From contig CM059432.1 in NCBI GenBank assembly GCA_030390025.1, positions 3,348,001-3,412,000 on the forward strand: a DNA stretch of 64,000 nt, in the 5' to 3' direction. Under the pieces are notes generated by a model that was not told the origin of the DNA, did not search any database, and worked only from the letters and a program-made list of their open reading frames with translations. A program made the position numbers and the translations under genes. This DNA comes from Squalus acanthias. Taxonomy: Eukaryota. Below, in pieces: positions 11,002-21,559 of the stretch; the first letter of the stretch is position 1; each line of letters starts with the position of its first letter.

Positions 11002-11426
11002 GCGGTGGCATAGTGGTTAGCACTGGTGCCTCACAGCGCCAGAGACCCGGGTTCGAATCTGACCTCGGGTGACTGTCTGTGTGGAGTTTGCACATTCTCC
11101 CCGTGTCTGCGTGGGTTTCCTCCGGGTGCTCCGGTTTCCTCCCACAGTCCAAAAATGTGTGGGTTAGGTTGATTTGGCTATGATAAATTGACCCTTAGTG
11201 TTTGGGGGGATTAAATATGTGGGGTTATGGGGATAGGATGGGATATGTTAGGGGGAATTAAATACGTGGGGTTACGGGGGTAGGGTGGGTTATGTGTACT
11301 GTGGGGATTAAAGCAGGGACAGGGTACTGGATTTGGATGATCAGCCATGATCGTATTGAATGGCGGAGCAGGCTCGACGGGCCGAATGGCCTACTCCTGC
11401 TCCTAGATTCTATGTTTCTATGTTTC
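11002..11426 (+). mobile_element. HE1-type V-SINE variant with internal duplication and a replacement CR1 tail
   Basis: Same head and V-domain as 3478-3784, then gatcagccatgatcgtattgaatggcggagcagg...ctatgtttctatgttt. Confidence 0.88.
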
Positions 11427-11783
11427 ACAGGCACGATGGGCCGAATGGCCTCCTTCTCGTGCTGTATGAGTCTCCAACAGCTCAAACTGGCTAAGCACTT
11501 ACATGTTCTGCTTTTCATAGACTGTAGGGCGAAGGCAGAAGAGAACTGCGCTCAACATTAAATCTATTTATGGAGCATGATGCTGAATATATAAATCCAT
11601 TCAGTACCTACACTCGCCGTACTTATATTCCCAGTTAGTAAACACAAGTACTTTCTTCGAGGCCATTTTTTCTTGTTTACCAATATGTTGCTCATCCTTG
11701 TTTTCAAATTCCCCCCATGGCCTCATTCCTCCCTATCTCTAATTTCCTCCAGCCCTACAACCCTCCGAGATCTCTGCGCTCCT

Positions 11784-12255
11784 GTGTCAGCCGTGGCTCA
11801 GTGGGTCGCAGCCTCACCTCGGAGTCAGAAGGTTGTGGGTTCGAGTCCCACTCCAGAGACTTGAGCACAGAAATCCAGGCTGACACTCCAGTGCAGTGCT
11901 GAGGGAGCGCTGCACTGTCAGAGGTGCCGTCTTTCGGTTGAGACATTAAACCGAGGCCCCCGTCTGCTCTCTCAGGTGGACGTAAAAGATCCCATGGCCA
12001 CTATTTTGAGGAAGAGCAGAGGAGTTCTCCCCGGTGTCCTGGGCCAATATTTATCCCTCAACCAACATAACAAAAACAGATTATCTGGTCATTATCACAT
12101 TGCTGTTTGTGGGAGCTTGCTGTGTACAAATTGGCTGCTACGTTTCCTACATTACAACAGTGACCACACTTCAAAAAGTACTTCATTGGCTGTAAGGCGC
12201 TTTGAGATGTCCGTGGTCGTGAAAGGCGCTGTAGAAATGCAAGTCTTTCTTTTTC
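11784..12255 (+). mobile_element. Deu-SINE (SacSINE1-like), full length, inserted in an L2 3' end (about 11690-12460)
   Basis: A box tggctcagtgg, B box ggttcgagtcc, central ccgtctgctctctcaggtggacgtaaaagatcccatgg, L2-like tail gaaaggcgctgtagaaatgcaagtctttc. Confidence 0.88.
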
Positions 12256-12705
12256 TCCAATTCTCTTGCGCATCCCTGATTTTCATCGCCACCCCCCCCT
12301 TGGCGGCCGTGCCTTCAGCTGCCATGGCGCTAAGCTCTGGAATTCACTCCCTAAACCTCTCCGACTCTCTTTTTTCCTCCTTTAAAGGTGCTCCTTAAAA
12401 CCCACCTCTTTGGTCAAGCTTTTGTTCATATGTCCCAATATCTCCTGGTGTCAAATTAAGTTTGCTGACCACAACAAACAACAACAAGTATTTATATAGC
12501 GCCTTTAACGTCGGCAAACGTCCCAAGGCGCTGCACAGGAGTGTTACAAGACAAAACATGTTGCCACATTAGGGCAAAAGCTTGGTCAAAGAGGTAGGTT
12601 TTGTGGAGAGTTGGAATAGTCAAGTCTAGACAACACTCCTGTGAAGAGCCTTGGGACCTTTTTATTCATCGAAAGGCGCTATACAAATGCAAGTTGCTGT
12701 TATAG

Positions 12706-13203
12706 AGTCATACAGCACAGAAAGAGGCCCTTCGGCCCATCGTGTCTGCGCCGGCCATCAAGCCCTGTCTATTCTAATCCCATTTTCCAGCACTTGGTCT
12801 GTAGCCTTGTATGCTATGGTGTTTCAAGTGCTCATCCAAATGCTTCTTGAATGTTGAGGGTTCCTGCCTCTACCACCCTTTCAGGCAGTGAGTTCCAGAT
12901 TCCAACCACCCTCTGGGTGAAAAAGTTTTTCCTCAAATCCCCTCTAAACCTCCTGCCCCTTACCTTGAAACTATGCCCCCTGGTTATTGACCCCTCTACT
13001 AAGGGGAAAAGTTCCTTTCTATCTACCCTATCTATGCCCCTCATAATTTTGTACACCTCAATCAGGTCCCCCCTCAGCCTTCTCTGCTCTAAGGAAAACA
13101 ACCCCAGCCCGTCCAGTCTCTCTTCATAGCTGAAGCGCTGCAACCCAGGTAACATCCTGGCGAATCCCCTCTGCACCCTCTCCGATGCAATCACATCCCT
13201 CCT
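12706..13203 (-). mobile_element. CR1 3' fragment, young subfamily
   Basis: ORF 12832-13287: ERVQRGFARMLPG...RGDLIEVYKIM...FFTQRVVGIWNSLP; near-identical to 17207-17635. Confidence 0.9.
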
Positions 13204-13494
13204 GTTGTTGTAGGTTTTACACTTGAAATGTTGACCTGTTTCAAGTTGTTGATGGGCCTGCTTTGTATTTCCAGCATGTTCCCTCATTATTGTCCTGTTT
13301 AATGTGTACCACTTGTCGTACCCACGGGCACCTGTCTCTTTTAGTTACGGCCACACCTTGGCTATAAGACACATTAACAACCGCTTAGCACAAGAGTCTG
13401 CGGGGGGGGGGGGGGGGGGAAATAGAAGTAGCGTAGAATGAGAAATTGTGTCGAACACACTATGTGCATCTCAAAAAAGAGAGGTACACATCCT

Positions 13495-14222
13495 CTCTAG
13501 GATTCCCCTCTACCGTGGTCGACACGGCCCTCGACCGTGTCCGTTCTATCTCCCGCACATCTGCCCTCACCCCTGCCCCTCCCTCCCGGAACCACGATAG
13601 GGTTCCCCTTGTCCTCACCTTTCACCCCACCAGCCTCCACATTCAACGGATCATCCTCCGCCATTTCCGCCACCTCCAGCGTGATCCCACCACCAAACAC
13701 ATCTTCCCCTCACCTCCCCTTTCAGCATTCCGCAGGGACCGCTCCCTCCGCGACACCCTAGTCCACTCCTCTACCACCCCCAGCACCCCTTCCCCTTCGC
13801 CCGGCACCTTCCCGTGCACGCGCAGGAGATGCAACACATGCCCTTATACCTCCCCTCTTCCCACTGTCCAGGGCCCCAAACACCCCTTCCAGGTGAAACA
13901 GCGATTTACTTGTACTTCCTGCAATTTAGTATACTGTATTCGCTGCTCACGATGTGGACTCCTCTACATTGGGGAGACCAAACGCAGATTGGGTGACCGC
14001 TTTGCGGAACACCTCCGTTCAGTCCGTAAGGGGGACCCCGAGCTCCCGGTGGCCTGTCACTTTAATTCACCGCTTCACTCCCACTCTGACCTCACCGTCC
14101 TCGGCCTAATACACTGTTCCACGGAAGCTCAGCGTAAGCTCGAGGAACAGCACCTCATCTTTCGTTTAGGCACGCTACAGCCCTCTGGACTCAATATCGA
14201 GTTCAACAATTTTAGATCATAA
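13495..14222 (+). CDS. PLE polyprotein C-terminus: linker, Cys motif and GIY-YIG endonuclease (no start codon; truncated)
   Basis: Open frame with RVPLVLTFHP, CTRRRCNTC, VYCIRCSRCGLLYIGETKRRLGDRFAEH, LEEQHLIFRLGTLQPSGLN. Confidence 0.88.
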
Positions 14223-14489
14223 CCTCAGCTCCCATCACATTTATATTTTATTTTATCCACCCTTTTATTTGTCCCCCCCACCTTTTTTTTCCCTCCTAGA
14301 AGCTGGCAGCTGTCCTTCATTCTGCCAGTAGATTTCACACTTCATTCAGCCTTAATCTGTCACATTAACACCACCTCTAGCTCTTAATGTCTCTTAATGT
14401 CTCTTCATCTCCTCTTTTGTTCCTTTATCCCCTCCCCCTTTTCCCAGCTTTACTCTGGCCTTAAATCTATTTGATTTCCAGCTCTTCCC

Positions 14490-14526
14490 AGTTCTGATGA
14501 AAGGTCATCGACCTGAAACGTCAACT
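14490..14526 (+). ncRNA. Minimal type I hammerhead ribozyme (PLE-associated)
   Basis: agtt-CTGATGA-a-aggtc(atc)gacct-GAAA-cg-TC-aact: helix I agtt/aact, helix II aggtc/gacct, palindromic ACGT helix III, predicted GUC cleavage after 14522. Confidence 0.8.
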
Positions 14527-15752
14527 CTCTTTCTCTCTCCACGGATGCTGCCTGGCCTGCTGAGTTTTTCCAGCGTTTTCTGTTGTTAGTACACATCCTA
14601 GCTCTGGGGTATGATTCGATGAATAAAGTATTGACCTTAAGTGCAGTTATCTATTTTAGGTTCTCATTTTACAACTTCCCAGCCTCCGATTTCAACACAA
14701 TGCTCGTGTCTAGTTGCTACGCTGTTGTCGCATACCTCCCCTCCCCTGTTCTGTAGCTTACACTGCCACCATGGTCTTAAAATTACATCTAATTAAGCCG
14801 AGATGAATGGAACTGTCTGAAATGTGCCCTTAAAAAAAAACCCGGCAGGAATTATAAGATGCTCGCTCTTAATAGCAGGCTGGGTCCTTCGGGTCCAGTG
14901 AGCTCCACTGGAAACAATACAGCATTCAGTCCCCCCGCTTTGCATACAGGGGGTGGGTCGAAGGTTATTCACATTGCAAAATCCTTCAGTGAGTCTTCAC
15001 AAAGGGACTAAACAGTATGTGGTCTACTTTGTTAGCATTAGAACAGCCCATTCATAGCGTGTGATGGGAGCCAAATTCTCCTCTTCTCCAACCCTTCCCC
15101 CCCTCCCCTCAACCACCTTACTGGGTTTTTAAAAAATTCCTGAGGGACACTAGCCAGCAACTCCACCTTTTGAAATGCATCCTTCAATTATCCGATTCCC
15201 CCATCATTTCTTTTCGGAGAAGATCAATTTCCATGTCACGGCGACAAAGTGGAGATGAAAGACGGGCTGTGGGTGGGGTGGGGTGGGGTGGGTGGGGGGG
15301 GGGGGGGGGGGAGAGGAGAGCAGACAAAGGCACTTGCATTTGCGTGAACTAGGCCGCATGATAAAGAGCAGTCTAAGCCCTCGTCACGTGAGCAGGAATC
15401 AATGCGCAATCAAGGTTCGAGAACTGGCAAAATACTCACGCCTGAAAAAACTCCGCACTGAACAAATGTTACTTTACCTCATGGCAGTACTAAAAGGGAT
15501 AATTGCGGGGGGGGTTAACAATCTAAAATCCCGCCTACCCCCCACCCCACCCCACCCACCATCTAACCTGGAATATTTTACCAGCCAGAGCTCTCAGCTC
15601 GCCAACTTGGTGGGACGTACTCCTGAGGTTTCACTGCATGACAACTTACATTTATATAGCGCCTTTAACGTAGTAAAACGTCCCAAGGCGCTTCACAGGA
15701 GCGATTATCAAACGAAATTCGACACCGAACCGCGCAAGAAGATATTAGGGCA

Positions 15753-15982
15753 AAAATAACAGAAAACGCTGGAAAACTCAGCAGGCGAGGCAGCATCCGT
15801 GGAGAGAGAAACAGAGTTAACGTTTCAGGTCGAAGACCTTTCGTCAGAACTGTCCTTTCGTTTCGACCTGAAACGTTAACTCTGTTTCTCTCTCCACCGA
15901 TGCTGCCTGGCCTGCTGAGTTTTTCCAGCGTTTTCTGTTGTTATTTCGGATTTCCAGCACCCGCAGTATTTTGCTACCGTAC
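15753..15982. mobile_element. Fold-back PLE mini-element (inverted terminal repeats)
   Basis: Inverted arms about 15755-15833 and 15861-15945; TSD gatattagggca / gatattggggca (15741-15752, 15983-15994). Confidence 0.85.
15815..15851 (-). ncRNA. Minimal hammerhead ribozyme
   Basis: Reverse complement agtt-CTGACGA-a-aggtc(ttc)gacct-GAAA-cg-TT-aact. Confidence 0.75.
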
Positions 15983-16679
15983 GATATTGGGGCAGGTGAC
16001 CAAAAGCTTGGTCAAAGAGGGAGGTTTTAAGGAGCCTCTTAAAGAGGAGCGAGAGGTGTAGCGAGGCGGAGAGGAGGGAATTCCAGAGCTCGGGGCCCAG
16101 GCAGGTGAAGACACGGCCGCCAATGGTGGAGCGATGAAAATCCCGCCTCCAACCGACCCACACAGCAGCCTTTTCTCCCCCTCCCACCGTCCAAAACTTT
16201 TATAACGGATAAACAAAGAAAATGGAAAAATAAATGTTTAATTCCCCTTATGATTTTTGCTCTCCCGCGGGGCGCTCGCAGCAGGGGGGGGATTAACCTT
16301 AAATTCCTGGAGGCTCCGGGGGCAACCCCGCCAAGCTCTCCATTTAATAATCCGCAGGCAGGTTGACTAGGAGCAGAATGTCGGCTAAATTAACCTTTCA
16401 ATTGAACGGCTAGAAGATACACGGAGAGAGAGAAAAAGACGTTTAATTAACGCTCAATGCTACCTTACAAAGGACAGTATATTTTGCATGCAATCTACAT
16501 CAAAACCACAATCGGATGCGGTGAACCGGTGGAACCCAGCAGTAGTCTTTGTTCCTCGTGTTAAACGGGTTACACGGCTCGAAGAAAGGCATGCTCAACA
16601 GCCACTCTCTTATCAGGACCAATTGTTCTCCGTCAAGACAATTCATTCCATCGGAATTTGAAACACTTCCTCCAAGAGA

Positions 16680-16984
16680 AACATAAAACATAGAAACATA
16701 GAATCTAGGAGCAGGAGTAGGCCATTCGGCCCGTCGAGCCTGCTCCGCCATTCAATACGATCATGGCTGATCATCCAAATCCAGTACCCTGTCCCTGCTT
16801 TCCCACACAGAATCCCCATCGAGCCTGCACCGACACATATCCCACCCTATCCCCGTAACCCCACGTATTTAATTCCCCCTAACATATCCCATCCTATCCC
16901 CATAACCCCACATATTTAATCCCCCCCTAACACTAAGGGTCAATTTATCATAGCCAAATCAACCTAACCCGCACATTTTTGGAT
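16680..16984 (-). mobile_element. V-SINE variant, 5'-truncated, carrying a remnant of the old tail plus the new CR1 tail
   Basis: Reverse complement ...gtgtcggtgcaggctcgatggggattctgtgtgggaaagcagggacagggtactgg...ctatgttt. Confidence 0.85.
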
Positions 16985-17206
16985 AAGTTCTAAGAAACAG
17001 ATCCGAGGGGAGGTACGCGAGAGTTCAGCCTCCAGAGTAAGCAAAAAAACAGAACTCCTGAGCAAACTCCCCCCCCACCCCCCATTAAATTTAAAAAAAA
17101 AAGGTTGTGTCGTTACTCCTGGCAATTGTCAGGTCGAAATTAAATAAAAGTCTCAGGAGCAGATTGCTGCATTGTATCTGGCCACAGGAAAAATAGTTAA
17201 ACCTCA

Positions 17207-17635
17207 CTGGACAGGCTGGGGTTATTTTCCTTAGAGCAGAGAAGGCTGAGGGGGGGGGGGGACTTGATTGAGGTGTACAAAATTATGAGGGGCATAGATA
17301 GGGTAGATAGAAAGGAACTTTTCCCCTTAGTAGAGGGGTCAATAACCAGGGGGCATAGTTTCTTCAAGGTAAGGGGCAGGAGGTTTAGAGGGGATTTGAG
17401 GAAAAACTTTTTCACCCAGAAGGTGGTTGGAATCTGGAACTCACTGCCTGAAAGGGTGGGAGAGGCAGGAACCCTCACAACATTCAAGAAGCATTTAGAT
17501 GAGCACTTGAAACGCCATAGCATACAAGGCTACGGACCAAGTGCTGGAAACTGGGATTAGAATAGACAGGGCTTGATGGCCGGCGCAGACACGATGGGCC
17601 GAAGTGCCTCTTTCTGTGCTGTATAACTCTATGAC
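17207..17635 (+). mobile_element. CR1 3' fragment
   Basis: ORF 17264-17560 with CR1 ORF2 C-terminal motifs. Confidence 0.9.
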
Positions 17636-17657
17636 TCAACGTATGTGGAATACAAAT

Positions 17658-18388
17658 AAAAGACTTGCATTTTTACAGTGCCTTTCATGACCTCAGGACT
17701 TCCCAAAGCACTTTTACAGCCAATGAAGTATTTTTCAAGTGTAGTCAGTCACTGCTGTAATGTAGGAAACGCGGCAGCCAATTTGCGCACAGCAAGCTCC
17801 CACAAACAGCAATGTGATAATGACCAGATAATCTGTTTTTTAGTGATGTTGATTGAGCGATAAATATTGGCCAGGACACCGGGGAGAACTCCCCTGCTCT
17901 TCTTCAAAATAGTGGCCATGGGATCTTTTACGTCCACCCGAGAGAGCAGACAGGGCCTCGGTTTAACGTCTCGGCTGAAAGACGGCACCTCCGACAGTGC
18001 AGCGCTCCCTCAGCACTGCGCTGGAGTGTCAGCCTAGATTTTGCGCTCAAGTCTCTGGAGTGGGACTTGAACCCACAACCTTCGGACTTGGAGGAGAAAA
18101 TTCTTCACTCACGCGAGGGTGGTGAACCTGTGGAATTCTCCACCACTGAAGGCTGTGGAGGCCAAGTCACTGAATATATTTAAGAAGGAGATAGATAGAT
18201 TTCTAGACACAAAAGGCATCAAGGGGTATGGGGAGAGAGCAGGAATATGGTATTGAGATAGAGGATCAGCCATGATCTCATTGAATGGCAGAGCAGGCTC
18301 GAAGGGCCAAATGGCCTGCTCCTGCTTTTCTATGTTTCTATGTTCCAAGAGGCGAGAGTGCTACCCACTGAGCCACTGGCTGACACCT
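17658..18388 (-). mobile_element. Deu-SINE with a plus-strand CR1 tail (about 18092-18346) inserted in its tRNA head
   Basis: SINE head resumes at gaggcgagagtgctacccactgagccac after the CR1 tail. Confidence 0.8.
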
Positions 18389-18748
18389 ACAAAAAGAAAA
18401 TCGGGTACCTCCTGACCAGAACTATTTCTGGGCATGTAGGCCCTATTCCATCACAGCAGCCTTTGACGAGAGGCATATATATATACCTCTCGAGGCAAAG
18501 GACGATATCCCTCTCAAGTAAAGGTATAAAATAAAAGGACATCGTAATGTAAACTTGCCACACTCCAAACAACAACTTGTATTTATAAAGCGCTTTTAAC
18601 GTAATAAAACATCCCAAGGCGCTTCACAGGAGCGTTATCAAAAAAGTTGACACCGAGCCACAAAAGGAGATATTAGGGCAGGTGACTTGGTCAAAGAGGG
18701 AGGTTTAAGAAGCGTCTTAAAGGAGGAAAGAGAGGCAGAGAGGCAGAG

Positions 18749-20564
18749 AACATAAGAACATAAGAACATAAGAAATAGGAGCAGGAGTAGGCCAATCGGC
18801 CCCTCGAGCCTGCTCCGCCATTCAATAAGATCATGGCTGATCTGATCCTAACCGCCAATCTACTATCTATCACAGAACCATCTCCTGCATCTAACAGAAT
18901 TGCACACACGAAATAGGAGCAGAATCAGGCTACACGGTCCCTGGGCCCGCTCCACTACCCACAGGGCCATGACCGATCCGAACCTAGACTCATGTCCAAA
19001 TTCCTGCCCGCTCCCCGTAACCCTTAATGCCCTTTACTTCGAGGAAACTGTCTATTTCTGTTTTAAATTTAATTAATGTTGTAGCTTCTACAGCTTTTTG
19101 TGGCAGCATATTCCATGGACCTACCACCCTCTGAGTGAAGTAGTTCCTCCTCATCTCAGTTTTGAAAGAGCAGCCCCTTATTCTAAGACTATGTCCCCTA
19201 GTTCTAGTCTCACCCGTCATCGGGAACATCCTCCCCGCATCCACCCGATCCAACCCCTTCACAATCTTATATGTTTCAATAAGATCGCCTCTCATTCTTC
19301 TGAACTCCAATGAGTAGAGTCCCAATCTACCCAACCTCTCCTCATATGACCACCCCCTCATCCCCGGGATTAACCGAGTGAACCTTTTTTGCACTGCCTC
19401 GAGAGCAAGGATGTCTTTCCTTAAGTAAGGACACCAAAACTGTATGCAGTATTCCAGGTGCGGTCTCACCAATACCTTGTACAACTGAAGCAATACCTCC
19501 CTATTTTTATATTCTATCCCCCTAGCAATGAAAGCCAACATTCCATTTGCCTTCTTAATCACTTGCTGCACCTGCATACTAACCTTTTGAGTTTCGTGCA
19601 CCAGGACCCCCAGATCCCTTTGCACTTCAGTACTCTCCAGTTTCTTGCCATTAAGATAATAAGTTGCTCTAGGATTTTTCCTGCCAAAGTGCATCACCTC
19701 ACACTTTCCAGTGTTGTATTCCATCTGCCAAATCTCTGCCCACTTACTTAGCCTGTCTATGTCCCCTTGCAGGTTTTTTATGTCCTCCTCACTCACTACT
19801 TTCCCTCCCATCTTTGTATCATCTGCAAATTTTGATATGTTACACTTGGTCCCTTCCTCCAAATCGTTAATATAGATTGTAAAGAGTTGGGGACCCAGCA
19901 CTGACCCCTGTGGAACACCACTAGTTACTGATTGCCAGTCTGAGAATGAACCATTTATCCCAACTCTTTGCTTTCTGTTGGATAGCCAATCCTCTATCCA
20001 TGCCAGAATATTACCCCCAATCCCGTGATTTTTTACCTTAAGCAATAATCTTTTGTGTGGCACCTTGTCAAATGCCTTTTGGAAGTCTAAATACACTACG
20101 TCCACTGGTTCCCCTTTATCCACTCTATATGTTACTTCCTCAAAGAACTCCAGCAAATTTGTCAAACATGACTTCCCCTTCGTAAAACCATGCTGACTTT
20201 GTCCTATTAAATTATGATTATCCAAATGTCCTGTTACTGTTTCCTTAATAATGGACTCCAAAATTTTACCTACCACAGATGTTAGGCTAACCGGTCTATA
20301 GTTACCAGCCTTCTGTCTACTGCCCTTTTTAAATAAGGGTGTTACATTAGCAGTTTTCCAGTCTGCCGGGACCTCAGCGGAATCCAGGGAGTTTTGAAAA
20401 ATTATTACCAATGCATCTACAATCCCTACCGCCACTTCCTTCAAGACTCTAGGATGTAAGCCATCAGGTCCAGGTGATTTATCCGCCTTGAGTCCCATTA
20501 TTTTACCGAGTACCACTTCCTTAGTGATTTTGATCGTGTTTAGCTCCTCTCCCCCTATAGCCCC
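18749..20564 (-). mobile_element. Young CR1, 5'-truncated, double 3' tail, inserted in an L2 (about 18570-20870)
   Basis: TSD-like cagagaggcagag (18736-18748) / cagagaggctgag (20565-20577); (tcttatgt)n tail. Confidence 0.92.
18990..20516 (-). CDS. CR1 ORF2 reverse transcriptase domain and C-terminus (508 aa, uninterrupted, lacks the endonuclease)
   Basis: [46 protein letters not shown]. Confidence 0.95.
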   Translation of the reverse strand: MVLGKIMGLKADKSPGPDGLHPRVLKEVAVGIVDALVIIFQNSLDSAEVPADWKTANVTPLFKKGSRQKAGNYRPVSLTSVVGKILESIIKETVTGHLDNHNLIGQSQHGFTKGKSCLTNLLEFFEEVTYRVDKGEPVDVVYLDFQKAFDKVPHKRLLLKVKNHGIGGNILAWIEDWLSNRKQRVGINGSFSDWQSVTSGVPQGSVLGPQLFTIYINDLEEGTKCNISKFADDTKMGGKVVSEEDIKNLQGDIDRLSKWAEIWQMEYNTGKCEVMHFGRKNPRATYYLNGKKLESTEVQRDLGVLVHETQKVSMQVQQVIKKANGMLAFIARGIEYKNREVLLQLYKVLVRPHLEYCIQFWCPYLRKDILALEAVQKRFTRLIPGMRGWSYEERLGRLGLYSLEFRRMRGDLIETYKIVKGLDRVDAGRMFPMTGETRTRGHSLRIRGCSFKTEMRRNYFTQRVVGPWNMLPQKAVEATTLIKFKTEIDSFLEVKGIKGYGERAGIWT

Positions 20565-20911
20565 CAGAGAGGCTGAGGGAGGGAATTCCAGAGCTTACAT
20601 TACAACAGTGACTACACTTCAAAAAGTACTTCATTGGCAGTAAAGCGCTTTGGGATGTCCGGTGGTCGTGAAGAGCGCTGTATAAATGCAAGTCTTTCTT
20701 GGGGCCGAGGCAGCTAAACGCACGGCCGCCAATGGTGGAGCGATGAAAATTGGGGATGCAGAAGCTGCCAGAATTGGAGGAGCACACAGAGATCTCGAGG
20801 GGGTTGTAGAGTTGAAAATTACAGAGATAAGGAGGGTCGAGGCCGTGGAGGGATTTGAAAACAAGGTGAGAAGTTATTGGTGCGTGTTAGGATACGGGCA
20901 GCAGAGCTTTA

Positions 20912-21372
20912 CATAAGAAATAGGAGCTGGAGTAGACCATTCGGCCCCTCGAGCCTGCTCCGCCATTCAATAAGATTATGGCTTATCTTCTACCTCATCT
21001 CCACTTTCCTATACTATCCCCATAATATTCAAAAATCTATCGATTGCTGTCTTAAATATACTCAACAACTGAGCCTCCACAGCCCTCTGGGGTAGAGAAT
21101 TCCAAAGATTCACCAGCACCGTCTGAGTGAAGAAATTTCTCCTCACCTATCTCCGAACTGGCCGACCCCTTATTCTGAGACTGTGACCCCTGGTTCTAGA
21201 CTCTCCAGCCAGGGGAAACATCCTCCCTGCATCTAACCTGTCAAGCCCTGTAAGAATTTTGTATGTTTCACTGAGATCACCTCTCTTTCTTCTAAACTCC
21301 AGAGAATATAGGCCTAGTCTACTCAATCCCCCCCCCCCCCCACCCCCATCCCAGGAACCAGTCTGGTGAACC
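20912..21372 (-). mobile_element. CR1 3' fragment
   Basis: Reverse complement of CR1 ORF2 end and tail. Confidence 0.8.
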
Positions 21373-21559
21373 TAGTGAATTATGAAGGGGTTCACCAGGG
21401 TAGGTGTTGAGATGATGCTTCCACTTGTGGGGGAGTCCAAAACTAGGGGCCATAAATATAAGATGGTCACTAATAAATCCAATAAGGAATTCAGGAGAAC
21501 TTCTTTATCCAGAGAGTGATGAGAATGTGGAACTCGCTACCACAGGGAGTGGTTGAGGC

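Larger units (their letters stand above)
13495..14588 (+). mobile_element. Penelope-like element, 5'-truncated, with 11-bp TSD
   Basis: TSD gtacacatcct at 13484-13494 and 14589-14599; GIY-YIG ORF; hammerhead in the 3' repeat. Confidence 0.92.
15595..16330. mobile_element. GGGTTGCCAAC-family MITE (15595-15640 + 16141-16330) interrupted by an L2 3' end (15641-16140, minus), itself interrupted by a PLE fold-back
   Basis: Outer pieces resemble the reverse complement of 7828-8208; L2 tail acaacttacatttatatagcgcc at 15640. Confidence 0.65.

Noticed and set aside
11784..11860. tRNA-like sequences with A and B boxes (also near 3700-3784, 11002-11075, 49714-49805)
   Set aside because: They are SINE heads continuous with SINE bodies, not tRNA genes.
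13446..13494. Predicted N-terminus of the 258-aa ORF
   Set aside because: Lies in flank and TSD outside the PLE and starts at TTG; chance read-through.
15430..15450. Minus-strand ttttttcag-GC-gtgagt (possible microexon)
   Set aside because: Such short motifs arise by chance and there is no gene context.
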